NCBI GenBank assembly: GCA_030390025.1
Contig: CM059432.1
Coordinates: 75,704,001 to 75,768,000, forward strand
DNA length: 64,000 bases
DNA from: Squalus acanthias
Lineage: Eukaryota
Reading direction: 5' to 3'
The translations under genes were made by a program, and so were the position numbers. The stretch's first letter is position 1; every line of letters begins with the position of its first letter. The notes beneath the pieces were generated by a model. The model saw nothing but the letters and a program-made list of their open reading frames with translations. It was not told the DNA's origin and did no database searches. Shown piece by piece: positions 1 through 12,444 of this stretch.

Positions 1-264
1 AGGTCAGTGACAATGCCACTCTTGGAGGCCAGCAGGAGGTGAAGCCCTTTGAATTTCTCCCCCTTCTCTTGATGGCGGAGCTGAAACTGGGAAGTTATTA
101 GTTGAGTAATTAATGGCCCACACCCATATCATACCTTGGTACAATGGAGTGTCACTAAAACTGACCGATTTTTAAATTTGGGCCATCTTAAAGGGTTTAT
201 GTTTATGAAGGTCAGGGATGTTAGTGCTGGAGAATAAAACACTTTCTAACTTTTTTGAATATAT

Positions 265-580
265 TGTCAGTGTCAAGCAATCCCAGGTCAAATATGCGAT
301 GGGTTAAATGTAAGCTCTCTCTGCACTACCCTAACAAAGTGCCTTAAATTCAACTTCAAACGCGGCCAGCCTCCTGTATCAGTGTGATAATTCTCACACC
401 AGCCAATCTCGTGACCTCTCTGAGTGACACTGGTGATTTAGTACCAACCTAGAACCAAATTATGTGTAATTATGAGCACGCCAAATTCATTTCATTGAGT
501 ACCTTTAAAATCGGGGAAACTTTCACTCCATCAGTCCAGGCTGGATTCAAACCCAGGTATGAAATGATAGTGCAATAAAA
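265..580 (-). mobile_element. Ancient tRNA-headed SINE, LF-SINE-like (degraded)
   Basis: Minus strand has B-box-like CCTGGGTTTGAATCCAGCCTGGACTGATGG, then GAAATGAATTTGG, CTCAGAGAGGTCA and AGGCACTTTGTTAGGGTAGTG, in the order I recall for the LF-SINE consensus. Not aligned computationally. Confidence 0.4.
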
Positions 581-964
581 CTCTGTATTACGCAGTCCTC
601 CTTTAATGCTTTTAAAATAAGTACCCTAGATAGCAGCCTGGGGCAATAGCAAAGAAAATTAAATACTCTAGATAGAAAATTCAGTGATGTGACTGAGCAG
701 GCCTGACTGAGTTAATTTTCGAACTTTAACTTCAGTATTGATGTACATCTAGAGACAGTTCTACTTCGCAGTTCTGCCTATGCAATCTACAGTACTAAAC
801 CAAAACTGAATTGATTGATATCCTCAATCAATGACAAATGCAATGATGTCTACCTACCAAAGGAAAACAAAATCCTATTGCAGAGGACAGAAGACAATAT
901 TCTGACAGACTCAAAAGAAACCAATTACATTCAGCTGCTCTCAGTCATTTTCCTACATGTTAAA

Positions 965-1475
965 GCTTCCCTGATGGCCCAGCAAGTTTATCTGATGTTC
1001 AAGTGAGCTTGACAAAGCAGGAGGTTTCCAGGTTTGTGCTACATTAGCTGTTCTCAGCCAAAAGGTGCTATAATTAAGCTGAAAGTTAGTGAGAGGGAAG
1101 GTCCCAGCTTTGATCTGTAGTTTGTGTTAAATCAGCTGATCTGAACGGGGAGGGGTTCATTTCAATTGACCTCAGTATTTTGGAAAAAAATCAGCTGGTG
1201 TTTCCACTCCTGATCATTATCCAGTAACGTCTGCTGGAAGTGCACATGAATGGACATCAGTTGAAAACGGAAACGGGCTTATTATGATGTCCCTGCAGCG
1301 GAATAGCCCACTAATTGTCATTGTCAAGACAAATAAAAAATTACACTTGCACAAGGTACTGGAGGGCAGCTGGCACTCAAGGAGCAGCATTCTCCAGCAA
1401 TTTAGTGGCCTCTCTGAGTGAGACTGTTAACTTAGTACCAATATCGAGGCGAGGAGGGAAATGATGAGAAGAAAA
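965..1475 (+). mobile_element. Old tRNA-headed SINE, unnamed 'family A'
   Basis: Shares CCACTCCTGATCA, TGGACAT and AATAGCC blocks and a purine-rich tail with copies at 10870, 19585 and 55434. Confidence 0.6.
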
Positions 1476-3191
1476 AATGACCTTGATGTGCCTGTTACCT
1501 TTGAAGAACCCTTTACAGCACAATCTATGCATTTAAGAGGTGACAATCCTTTCTTTTCTAACTTCAGCAATGAAGTAAACAGTGTAGTTGGCACTTTTTA
1601 CTCATGTCTACTTTTTCATTCAAATTAATGAAGACAGAAATTTCACCCTCTTGGTTGGAAAGTACCTTTTAATCCCCTGATTAATTTTAAACTTGTGCTG
1701 TTAGAATACAAAAATAGATTCGAAGACTTTTTATCTTGGAGACCTAAATGTATTATTAGGCTGTCAGAGTGAGCAGCCCAAAGTCTGTGAACATTTTTCT
1801 TAAATCTAATAAATATTAAAAGCACATGGAGGATATATAACTGCATTGCTTAAATGTACCACTATGGTTCAAGGAATTTCTGTCGATGGATTAGTCTCTC
1901 AAAGATGACCTCTAACCATCTGCCCTGATAAACAGGCCTGAGATACAGGATTGCTATAATATTCTGAGAAGACTTTCCCTGTCACAATGTTAACTTGTAT
2001 TAGATTTATTAAACTAATGGAATCCCATAGATTTCAAAAGTACCCAGGCTGCTAGAATACTAATAGAGTCATGCTAAATCATACCCTTTTAACTGGTGTG
2101 CACTCTGTGAGAAATTCTCTGCAGTGCATCAAGATATTTATTACTTAGTGTAAACTTTTATAATGCTAAATGCGTTTGTCAGGGCTCAGTCAGTTGTTCA
2201 CATCAATGCCTATTTTATTGACACTGTTACCTAAATGGGTGCAGTTTAGAAGCTGTAGTAGTCCAGAAAAAAACTTAACATAAGTCCCAGTATAACATTT
2301 TATGGAACTGACTGGTTACAGAAATGTTGTATTATGGTCTAATTGCATGCTCTCCATTGGTTGGCACTACAGGCAATGCATCGGAAACCACAGTGCAAAG
2401 TTCAAAGAGTATCAGTGTATTATAACCTGGACCAGCAATAAAAAGGTTCATATGAGAGGAATATCATTAACAATTTATAAATTAAAACTCATCCAATCAA
2501 CTATTGGGACTGAGTTTTCAATGAGTTCATTATTTACAAATTAACTTTCTATCTAATTTTTATGTCAATATTCATAAAGGGGAAATCATATGTAAATATT
2601 TTTAATGGGGTTTTGTATATAAACATTCATGCAACTGTGTTAGAATGGTGAAACCATATGTAAACATTTCAGCATGATGGTTTGCTGGTCAAATCATTCA
2701 AAAGGCTTTCTTAATGAAATTTCAGCTCCCATTTTTTATCAGTAACTGAAATTTCTAATGTTTAAAATAAGGTTTTAAACAAAATAAAAATTCCATATTT
2801 CACAATTTTATAAATGATTACATTTATCTATTAAGTGTTTTTGTATATTTTAATACTTTCATTAATGATTTTACTTGAAGCCTCTTTTAAAAGCTGGGCT
2901 AGAATTTAAAGGCCTGATGTTCCACAAGGATTATTCTAATTAATATTTACTTTTCACCACTGTATAAAATATTGCTTTATACCATTCTTCACAGGAGCAC
3001 TGATGCATGCTGATAAATAAAATTCAGTCTCCGTTGCCTTTCCCTGTAAGATCAAAATCTGAATCTGAAATAATGACTTATTTTGAGCCACAGTCTATTT
3101 TAGTTTCAAGATACAAAGTCCTAGAGGCCAGAATAATTAATTGGCACAGCCTAAGAGAATAGCCCGGTGAGTTGTTGTGTGTAGGATTATA

Positions 3192-3516
3192 CAGTTTCCT
3201 CCTGTTAATTCAAAGGTTTTTTTTGCTTAAAAGATTTGAATTATCCAGTAATTTGAATTAAGAAATTAAAATAAAACAGCAAAGGAGGCTTTCTGTGCAC
3301 AACAAATTTGAATGAAGAGATAATGGGAGAACCTTTCAGCTTTAGCAGGGGGGTAAAACAGGAGATATTGGACGGATCAGCTGCCCGTTATGCCTGATTT
3401 TCCTTTCTATTGACTACAATATAATGGGCAGGCAATCCAATATCACTCGTTTTACACCCCCGCCAAAATTCCGGCGAATGTGAATTAAGAGAGTTCAAAT
3501 TAATAAGAGTAGACTG
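3192..3516. mobile_element. Tc1/mariner (Tigger-like) MITE with a nested short palindromic MITE at about 3325-3478
   Basis: Imperfect TIRs CAGTTTCCTCCTGTTAATTCAAA and TTCAAATTAATAAGAGTAGACTG, with TA on both flanks. Confidence 0.6.
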
Positions 3517-3611
3517 TAGTTCAGTCCATGGCAGTGATTCTGCATATTTTGATAACAGCAATTCTAAAGGATAAATTTAATATTTCTCTGTGAGAACTGT
3601 AAAATTAAAAT

Positions 3612-4353
3612 GGCCCAGAAATTAAAGACGGAGCCTTCCTGCGGGGGTAAGGCTTCCCCGTGATATCTCACTGCGCGCCTGCCTTTTCCTTCCGAGCTCA
3701 CACGAACTTTAGTTTCAAGGCTGCAGCTGTGCAGTGTGTGCGTATCCCACAGACGCAGTTAATTCGTGCGAGCTGTGGGATCACGTGATTCAGTTAGAGC
3801 CAATGGCAGCACACCATCTTTCATTCATAGTTTTGACAGCAAGGGCTGTCAAAGCTATGAATCTATACCCCCCCAAAAGAACAGCTAAACCTCAATTAAA
3901 TTTTTAAAAAACCATCACATTAATAAAATAAGTATAGTTAAATAAATTAACCACTTTAAACAAAAAATTAAATTTTTGAAAAAATTTAAAATCTTTTTAA
4001 AAGTTATAAAAATAAACTTACCTTTCTTTAAAGTCTCTAAAAAAGATAAACCTGTTGAAAAAAATTTAAAATAATACTTAATTAACTACTTACCTTGTTA
4101 AAAGAGGGTCTTACGCCTCCTTTCTTTATCTGCAAAATCTTCCATGCTTACCTGCACGTTCAAAGCACTAAGTGCACTGCGTGCGAGCAGCCTGTAGCGC
4201 GCACGCGGTTCACTTAGGAACCGCCCCCTTTTGAGTTCACCAAGTGCCGGTTTTCAGCGCATGCGCAGTGCATGCAGAAAACCGGCAATTGGAGACAGAA
4301 TACGCGAGAGTACACAGTGCGTACTCTCGCGTACTGAGACTAATTTTTGGGCC
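3612..4353. mobile_element. Non-autonomous Harbinger-type MITE, AT-rich centre
   Basis: TIRs GGCCCAGAAATT and AATTTTTGGGCC; AAT on both flanks (3-bp TSD); internal hairpins. Confidence 0.8.
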
Positions 4354-5537
4354 AATGTTCTCAATTCCAGTATTGAGATATATGGATGGTTATAGAGTAT
4401 CTATAATAGAACTAATTTTCCAACTTTGCACTCCCATAGGGAGCCTTTCCCACAGGTAGCACATATCAAAAATTTGGGCATGATTTTCCAACCATTTAAT
4501 TTTAGAAAAATTGTGCATAGCCCAAATTTCCAATATGCACTACTGGTGTGTGAGACTCCTTGCAGGGAGTGCAAAGTTGGAAAATTACCCCTAATGTATA
4601 CACATTTTCACTATAATTACCCATTTATATCACAGCACTGGCAAATGAATATTGGTTCCTGAGGAAAGACTCCAATGTATAGAGCCCTGCTCGCCGCTGT
4701 CCTTACTGGAAGGCAATGGCACTTAATTTGTATTCATCATACATGCATGAGAAGCCCTGTGACATGCCATACATTAATATATTTATGTGTCTGGTAGCTA
4801 TATCTTTCCCAATGAGTGGGAGATCTGAGCTGCTCGGTCTGGTCAATGGCCAAAAAACATGTCTGCCTTGCCTCCAACATTACTTTGTTTATCTGTATGG
4901 AAATGTCAGCAGAAAGCACATCTGTTGGAGATAGGAGCAGAATAAAATAAACCAGTACCATCTTTGCTGTTTGCGTTTGCAGACTTTAGAATTGCGAAAG
5001 CCCCTAATAATCATTCTACACCTAATCCCCTGTTAATGATTTTATAAGTTAAACAAGTGAAGTATTTTCATGCAAATCTAATCTGCAATCAAAATGTATT
5101 ATAAAAGAACACATGGAGGAGATGTGACTGTGTCATAATCAAACACCTTGCAGATTAGTGACAAGGTAATTCTAGCGAAGTTCATTTTCTCCTCTAGTTG
5201 TAAAAATATACACAACTCTCAGAATAAAAATAATTCTCGCCACACAAAATGTTGCAAGAATGCTGCTTTGAAGCTATCATATTTTCAAATACTCAATAGA
5301 ATTGTAATCTTAGTTGAGTAATTTGGTCGGATGAACCTGGAAACGTGTTGGAGATGTAATCATAATAATGGTTTACATTTACATTTATAATGGGCAGCCC
5401 TAAGATGCAACTTTTTTTGGATAGAGAACATTCAGTTGTTAAAGTTGATTAATAAAGTTCAAATCCCAAATAATCCAAGAGTGGTAGTTTTGAAAGATAT
5501 GTCCCTCATGAATTCTAACTTCGAATTTAAATATTTT

Positions 5538-6248
5538 GGCCGAGAATTTCCTGGAGTACCATAATCGGCAAGATACACTGTGAGTCACGTTAGTTTGTGT
5601 GCCAAACTTCCTGACATGAATTTTGTAATTTCCTGGGAGACTAATTTGCATACGCCGCAGTGAACATAACAGTGTTCCAAGGAACTCAGAAGCAGCGTTA
5701 CCAATTGCGGGCTCTGAGTGGAAGCAGTATAAACAGCTCAGAACAGATGTCACCTACCATGGTACCTCACGTGCTGTGCCTCCTGCTTCTGCTCCTCCTC
5801 CATAATAATGATGAATAGGGAAATGCCCAGCGGAATGGCCATTGCAGCCACTTTGCCCTACTGAACACGTTGACAGGGGCGGGGTTCCTAAAAATATTGG
5901 CTTCAGAGACTCACAGGACTCTGGTCAGGAAAACTGAAGATATCAGTAAGAGATGAGCAAAACAAAACCCAGAAAAAATCATTCCAAACTGCAGAGATCA
6001 TGTCCTCCCAGGTTGAGAATTATGTGACTGCCATAAATGACTCTGCAGATGACCTCGAGCCCACCAGCACCTAGATTTCTCGGCGTAACTGGGCGCCATG
6101 AGAAAAGTTGCATAAATCCTGGAAATTCGTGCTCGCAGCTGTTTTGAATGTGAGCGGAGCTATTTTAAAGTGCTTTGGAGGGTCTTGGTGGAGGTCTGGA
6201 AATGGCTTTACAACTTAGATATGTCAAGTTTCCAGGAAATTCACGGCC
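5538..6248. mobile_element. Non-autonomous Harbinger-type MITE
   Basis: TIRs GGCCGAGAATTTCCTGGA and TCCAGGAAATTCACGGCC match at 17 of 18 positions. No clean TSD. Confidence 0.75.
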
Positions 6249-6881
6249 AAATATATGGGACAGCCTTTTAATTTGCAAGAGGCTTTTTGCAGAGTTGACT
6301 TTCATCCAGGGCTCTTATTTTTGAATGGTGGATAGATATGTAAGATCAAGTAGTAATTGGAAGATTAAGGTTCAAAATAAGAAGACACTCAAAAGGGCTC
6401 AATTAGGGCTCTCTCATTTTGATCTTAATTGCTGAAGGGGAACTTTCTTCTGGTGTGGTTGTGTGTCTCAGAACGATGCATTGTAAGTTATCTGGTGTCC
6501 TGGTGTATTAATAGATATCATTTTAAGAGTTACTATTACATGCAAAACAAACTCAGCAGCAAGTAGTTCTTATCTCTCTTTTTGGACAGCGGGTAGGTGA
6601 ATTTTGTGCTCGAGGATGGCAGTACTGGGTGTGGAATAATTTTTCACAGTTTTGTCATTCAGTGTCAACATCCTAGGTTCATTATAGTACAACCAGCTGC
6701 AGAGTAAAGATCCAACATTGCAAGAACATCCCCGGTTGCACCAATAGGAATTGTTCTATTTCCCACACGTAGTGCTGTATACACGGACAAATCCTGCGTG
6801 TGATATTTTTAGTTTGGTGGGGGAGGGGTGTGGTGGTTGGACACAATAAGTATCCAGAACTGGATAAGAGAAAATATTAAC

Positions 6882-9640
6882 TTTTCTTTTATTCGTTCAT
6901 GGGATATGAGTGACACTGGCAAAACCAGCATTTATTGCCCATCCCTAATTGCCTTTGAGAAGGTGGTGGTGAGCCGCCTTCTTGAACCATTGCAGTCCAT
7001 GTGGTGAAGGTACTCCCATAGTGCTGCTAGGGAGGGAGACAATGAAGGAACGGCGATATATTTCCAAGTCAGGATGGTGTGTGACTTGGAGGGGAACTTG
7101 AAGGTGGTGGTGTTCCCATGCGCCTGTTGCCCTTGTCCTTCTAGGTGGAAGATGGCTTGAGTTTGGGAGGTGTTGTTGAAGAAGCCTTGGCGAGTTGCTG
7201 CAGTGCATCTTGTAGATGGTACACACTGCAGCCACGGTGCACCGGTGCTGGAAGGAGTGAATGTTTAAGGTGGTGGATGGGGGCCAATCAAGCGGGCTAT
7301 TTGTCCTAGATGTTGTTGAGCTTCTTGAGTATTGTTGGAGCTGCACTCATCCAGGCAAGTGGAGAGTATTCCATCACACTCCTTACTTGTGCCTTCTTAA
7401 TGGTGAAAAGGCTTTGGGGAGTCAGGAGGTGAGACAGTTGTTGCAGAATACCCAGCCTCTGACCTGCTCTTGTTGCCACAGTATTTATGTGGCTGGTCCA
7501 GTTAAGTTTCTGGTCAATGGTGACTCCCCAGGATGTTGATGGTGGAGGATTCGGCGATGGTAATGTCGTTGAATGTCAAGGGGTGGTGGTTAGACTCTCT
7601 CTTGTTGGAGACAGTCATTGCCAGACACTTGTGTGGCACGAATGTTACTTGCCACTTATCAGCCCAAGCCTGAATGTCGTCCAGGTCTTGCTGCATGCGG
7701 GCTGTACTGCTTCATTATCTGAGGAGTTGCAAATGGAACTGAACACTGCAATTATGATGGAGGGAAGGTCATTGATGAAGCAGCTGAAGATGGTTGGGCC
7801 TAGGACACTGCCCTGAGGAACTCCTGCAGCGATGTCCTGGGGCTGTGATGATTGGCCTCCAAAAGCCACAACCATCTTCCTTTGTGCTAGGTATGATTCC
7901 AGCCAGTGGAGAGTTTTCCCCTTGATTCCCATTGACTTCAATTTTACTAGGGCTCCTTGATGCCACACTCAGTCAAATGCTGCCTTGATGTCAAGGGCAG
8001 TCACTCTCAGCTCACCTCTTGAATTCAGCTCTTTTGTCCATGTTTGGACCAAGTCTGTAATGAGGTCTGGAGCTGAGTGGTCCTGGCGGAATACAAACTG
8101 GGCATCGGTGAGCAGGTTATTTGATGAGTAAGTGCCACTTGCTAGCACTGCCGATGACACCTTCCATCACTTTGCTGATGATTGAGAGTAGACTGATGGG
8201 GCGGTAATTTGCCAGGTTGGATTTATCCTGCTTTTTGTGGACAGGATATACCTGGGCAATTTTCCACATTGTCGGGTAGATGCCAGTGTTGTAGCTGTAC
8301 TGGAACAGCTTGGCTAGAGGCGCAGCTAGTTCTGCAGTACAAGTCTTCAGCACTACAGCCGGGATGTTGTTGGGGCCTATAGCCTTTGCTGTATCCGGTG
8401 CGCTCAGCCGTTTCTTGATATCATGTGGAGTGAATCGAATTGGCTGAAGACTGGCTTCTGTGATGGTTGGGACCTTGACACTTCTGGCTGAAGATGGTTG
8501 CGAATGCTTCAGCCTTGTATTTTGCACTCATGAGCTGGGCTCCGCCATCATTGAGGATGGGGATGTTCATGGAGCCTGCACCTCCCGTTAGTTGCTTACT
8601 TATCCACCACCATTCACGACTGGATGTGGCAGGCCTTTGATCTGATCCGTTGATTGTGGGATCACTTAGCTCTGTCTATAGCATGCTGTTTCCGTTGTTT
8701 AGCCTGTAGGTAGTCCTGTGTTGCAGCTTCCCCAGGTTGGTACCTCATTTTTAGGGACGCCTGGTGCTGCTCCTGGCATGCTCTTTTACACTCCTCATTG
8801 AACCAGGGTTGATCCCCTGGCTTGATGATAATGGTAGAGTGAGGGATATGCCAGGCCATGAGGTTACAGATTGTGGTGGAATACAGTTCTGCTGCTGCTG
8901 ATGGCCCACAGTGCCTCATGGATGCCCAGTTTTGAGCTGCCAAATCTGTTCTGAATCTGTCCCATGTAGAACGGTGGTGGTGCCACACAACATGATGGAG
9001 GGTGTCCTCAGTGTGAAGATGGGACTTTGTCTCCACAAGGACTTTGCGGTGGTCACTCCTTACCAATACTGTCATGGACAGATGCGTCTGCAACAGGTAG
9101 ATTGGTGAGGACGAGGTCAAGTAGGTTTTTTCTCGTGTTGGTTCTCTCATCACCTGCCGCAGGCCCACTCTGGCAGCTATGTCCTTCAGGACTCGACCAG
9201 CTCAGTCAGTAGTGGTGCTGCCGAGCCACTCTTGGTGATGGACATTGAAGTCCCCCACCCAGAGTACATTCTGTGCCCTTGCTACCCTCAGTGCTTCTTC
9301 CGTGTGGTGTTCAACATGGAGGAGTACTGATTCATCAGCTGAGGGAGGGCGGTAGGTGGTAATCAACAGGCAGTTTCCTTGCCCATGTTTGACCTGATGC
9401 CATGAGACTTCATGGGGTCCAGAGTCAATGTTGAGGACTCCCAGGGCTACTCCCTCCGACTGAATACCACTGTGCCGCCACCTCTGGTGGGGCTGTTCTG
9501 CCGGTGATGGAGGAGTCTGGGACGTTGGCTGAAAGATATGATCCTGTGAGTATGACTATATCAGGCTGTTGCTTGACTAGTCTGTTGGACAGCTCTCCCA
9601 ATTTTGGCACAAGTCCTCAGCTGTTAGTGAAGGGGACTTC
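6882..9640 (-). mobile_element. CR1/L2-group LINE, decayed near-complete ORF2 (APE endonuclease + RT)
   Basis: Minus ORF fragments: PKLGELSNRLVKQQPDIVILT (endonuclease N-terminus), KPGDQPWFN, NYRPISLLSIISKVME, ALDIKAAFD, GVPQGSVLGPTIFSCFINDLP. The F/YADD motif is deleted and there are many frameshifts. 3' tail at about 6882-6960. Confidence 0.92.
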
Positions 9641-9739
9641 TGATTGAAAGGTCTGCCTAATGAGAGAATTTTAAAATCTATTGCTAATGATGACTCCTTT
9701 TAGTAATCCTTCTGCCTTAAAAACAAAGTTAGTATATAG

Positions 9740-9990
9740 GAACATAAGGATAGTCAGGATGAGAAAAGATCATTTAAACATTCTAACTTTTCTATCATAC
9801 CATCCAACTGCATTTTGAAATAACCCCAATGATTTTGTCTCTGGAACCCTGCCTGGCAGATTATTCCATTTATCACTGAATAAAGAAGTTTTACCCGATA
9901 GTTTTAAATTTATTTTTCACTAAGTCCCATTTTTCTCTTCAGGTCCTACTGTCCTTGCTTTTGGACAACCATTTTCCCCTAGATTTACAA
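9740..9990 (-). mobile_element. Old CR1 3' fragment
   Basis: Degenerate CR1 3'-end pattern (GGAACATAAG tail, CCTGGCAGATTATTCCAT) resembling the younger CR1 copies in the window. Confidence 0.45.
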
Positions 9991-10056
9991 TACATAGAAT
10001 AATATGGAGGAAGTCTAGTCGAGCAAAGATCGCAAAAGTCAACTTTTTCTTTCTGT

Positions 10057-10205
10057 GTTAACGTTTCAGATCGATAACCCTTCGTCTTAAACGTTAACTC
10101 CGTTTCTCTCTCCACAGATGCTGCCTGACCTGCTGAGTATTTCCAGCATTTCTGTTTTTATTTCAGATTTCCAGCATCCACAGTATTTTGCTTTTGTATT
10201 TTGCT
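10057..10205. mobile_element. Penelope-like terminal-repeat remnant (inverted junction)
   Basis: CTCTCTCCACAGATGCTGCCTGACCTGCTGAGTATTTCCAGCAT...ATTTCAGATTTCCAGCATCC is shared with 60748-60938; partial hammerhead-like core on the minus strand. Confidence 0.6.
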
Positions 10206-10824
10206 TTTCCTTTCTGTAACTGGAAATTTAAAAAAAACATAGCTAAGCATTTCTAGCTTTGTGTGATGCATTTGGAAGGGTGAATAAAGTGAAGAAGACT
10301 CTGGTTTAATAGTTCTGTGCTGTTGTAAAATACTTTGTACTACAGCACAGCCGTTAAAAGGCCCTGGGACATGGCCAGCATCTAAGTCATGACCACATTC
10401 ATTGACATGATTTGTGCTTGCACCAATGTCAGAATCCCATCAAGGTACATACAAAACAGAATTGTTTTGAAAAGCAGAAATTTGGAAAAACACTAAAGAT
10501 TTATGTCCTGTTTACACAAGAACTGTAATTTGAAAATTATTCTGAATTTCCTGTTATTTTTACTCCACAATAAAGCTCTATAATAGCTTTAGGTCAAAGT
10601 ATTGTTCACAAAAATTTTAAAAAAAACAAAGCTACTTATTTTTGTTTTATAAATAGATATTTAAAAGTTTTCTCATCTGTGGTTAACCATTACTCATTTC
10701 TGGGTAGGCTGGAATACTTGCATTATGCTGCCAGCACTCAATTTGCCCCCGCCCCTTGCTTAGTTTATTCAATGGGAAATTCCTCAAGCACTGAGATACA
10801 ATCAGACAGTGACTGTTTTCAAAA

Positions 10825-11384
10825 ATATTTACAGTTAATCTTTTATTCGGAAAAATATATCTCAACACTTCCTTAATGGCCGAATTGATAAAGCTGGTCT
10901 GTTATTGAGTCATACAGGGCAAAAGGTACCAACTTCAATTCCTGGACTATCTGACCTCAACTGGGGCAATAGTAGTGGGCTAGGGAGCAGAACATTAGCA
11001 AGGGTTCCCACTCCTGATCACTATCTATTGATCTCTGTTGCAACTTCATGTGCGTGGACATTGAGTAAGGACAAGATTGGGCTCAACTGTGATGTCTTCA
11101 TGGTCAAATAGCCTGCCAACAGTCAGTATCAAGGCTCACCCAATGAAGAATGACCACGTGGGGGAAGTAATAGAGAACACCTTATTCTCGTTGAATCATA
11201 TCCCTGCAGAAGTCAAGCTTTCACTACTATTGCCCCAGTTGAGGTCAGATAACTCAGCATAGTCCAGGAATTGAAGTTGGTACCTTTTGCCCTGTATGAC
11301 TCAATAACAGACCAGCTTTATCAATTTGGCCATTGAGGAAATGTTGGGATATATTTTTACTAATAAAAGATTAACTGTAAATAT
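10825..11384. repeat. Long inverted repeat: arms 10825-10977 and 11222-11384, overlapping a family-A SINE (10870 to about 11425)
   Basis: The arms are reverse complements with few mismatches and one 10-nt indel. Confidence 0.9.
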
Positions 11385-11902
11385 GGGGGGGGGGGGGGAG
11401 AAAAAGGAAGAAAAATTGACAAAAAATATCCTGCTACAATAATGTGCTAAATATGGAAAATATGGTTAAATACCTATATGTAATATATATATAAAAAATT
11501 TGCATCTGCATGCACTTCATGTTTACAAAACCTTACTTCCTGTTGGCACATTTTTATCACACTTTTGTGTCAACTTTTTCAATTATAAATTCCTATGGTC
11601 ACATTTATAATGGAATTGGCCTTTGCAAATGAGCCATGCAGCTACATCCTTCTTCCAGTGATGGCACTGTAGTGCCTCAGTTTTGCATCTCCCAGCTCCT
11701 CAGACACTCTTATGCTTTAACAACTCTTCTTCCCAAATTGCTGTCAGTTTTGCTATTTAACTATAAATAATAATATAAAATCAAATATTTTGTAAAAATA
11801 AGGACAGAATGTATAATGGTAAAATCGGCTCTGAATTACATTCAGTTATCCTCTGCCTTCTAACTCTGCTTCACCTGAAAACGACACTTGGTCTTGATTC
11901 CC

Positions 11903-12031
11903 TGGGGGGGGGGATAATTTTGACTTGTGTAAAACAGGTGATAGTGACTCGGCAGCCCGTTTTACATCTCTCCCAATTTTTATTTCCATTGACTTCACTA
12001 CACTATCGCACAAAGTCAAAAATTACCCCCC
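11903..12031. mobile_element. Short Harbinger-type MITE
   Basis: TIRs GGGGGATAATTTTGACTT and AAGTCAAAATTACCCCC. Confidence 0.65.
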
Positions 12032-12444
12032 ACCCCTGTGTGCAACTTCACAGGAGATCTAATAGCCAGCTATAATAATAAAGGGACTCTGCATTAATAA
12101 GGAGTGAATTTGTTGGTGTTTTTTAAGAATATAAAGCCGCTTTAGACAGTTTACAGTGCTTGTGACATTCCACTGAATAGGCAACACATAGAGTGCTGGG
12201 AGTGTTAGAGCAGGGACAGAGAACTGGAGAGGATACAAATGCTCTGTTTCAGTTTAATTCAGAAGAAATGTCAATTTATTGTAGAGTTCTTCTAGAAACT
12301 TGCAAGCCCCACTATCCAATTATCAGCCACCTTAGAACTGGGAAATGCCATAGAAATATCAGCTCCAAACAGAGGCCTACCCATAGGCGAGCACTTTAAG
12401 AAAATCCATTTTCATGAGAAATTACAATAATAAAAAAGGGGCTA

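Noticed and set aside
7261..7816. Plus-strand ORFs over the LINE, and similar antisense ORFs over the CR1 copies
   Set aside because: Shadow frames of retroelement ORF2.
11385..11398. Poly-G and poly-C runs (also 18809, 20997, 32730) as G-quadruplex elements
   Set aside because: Simple homopolymers, mostly within repeats and prone to sequencing error; no functional evidence.
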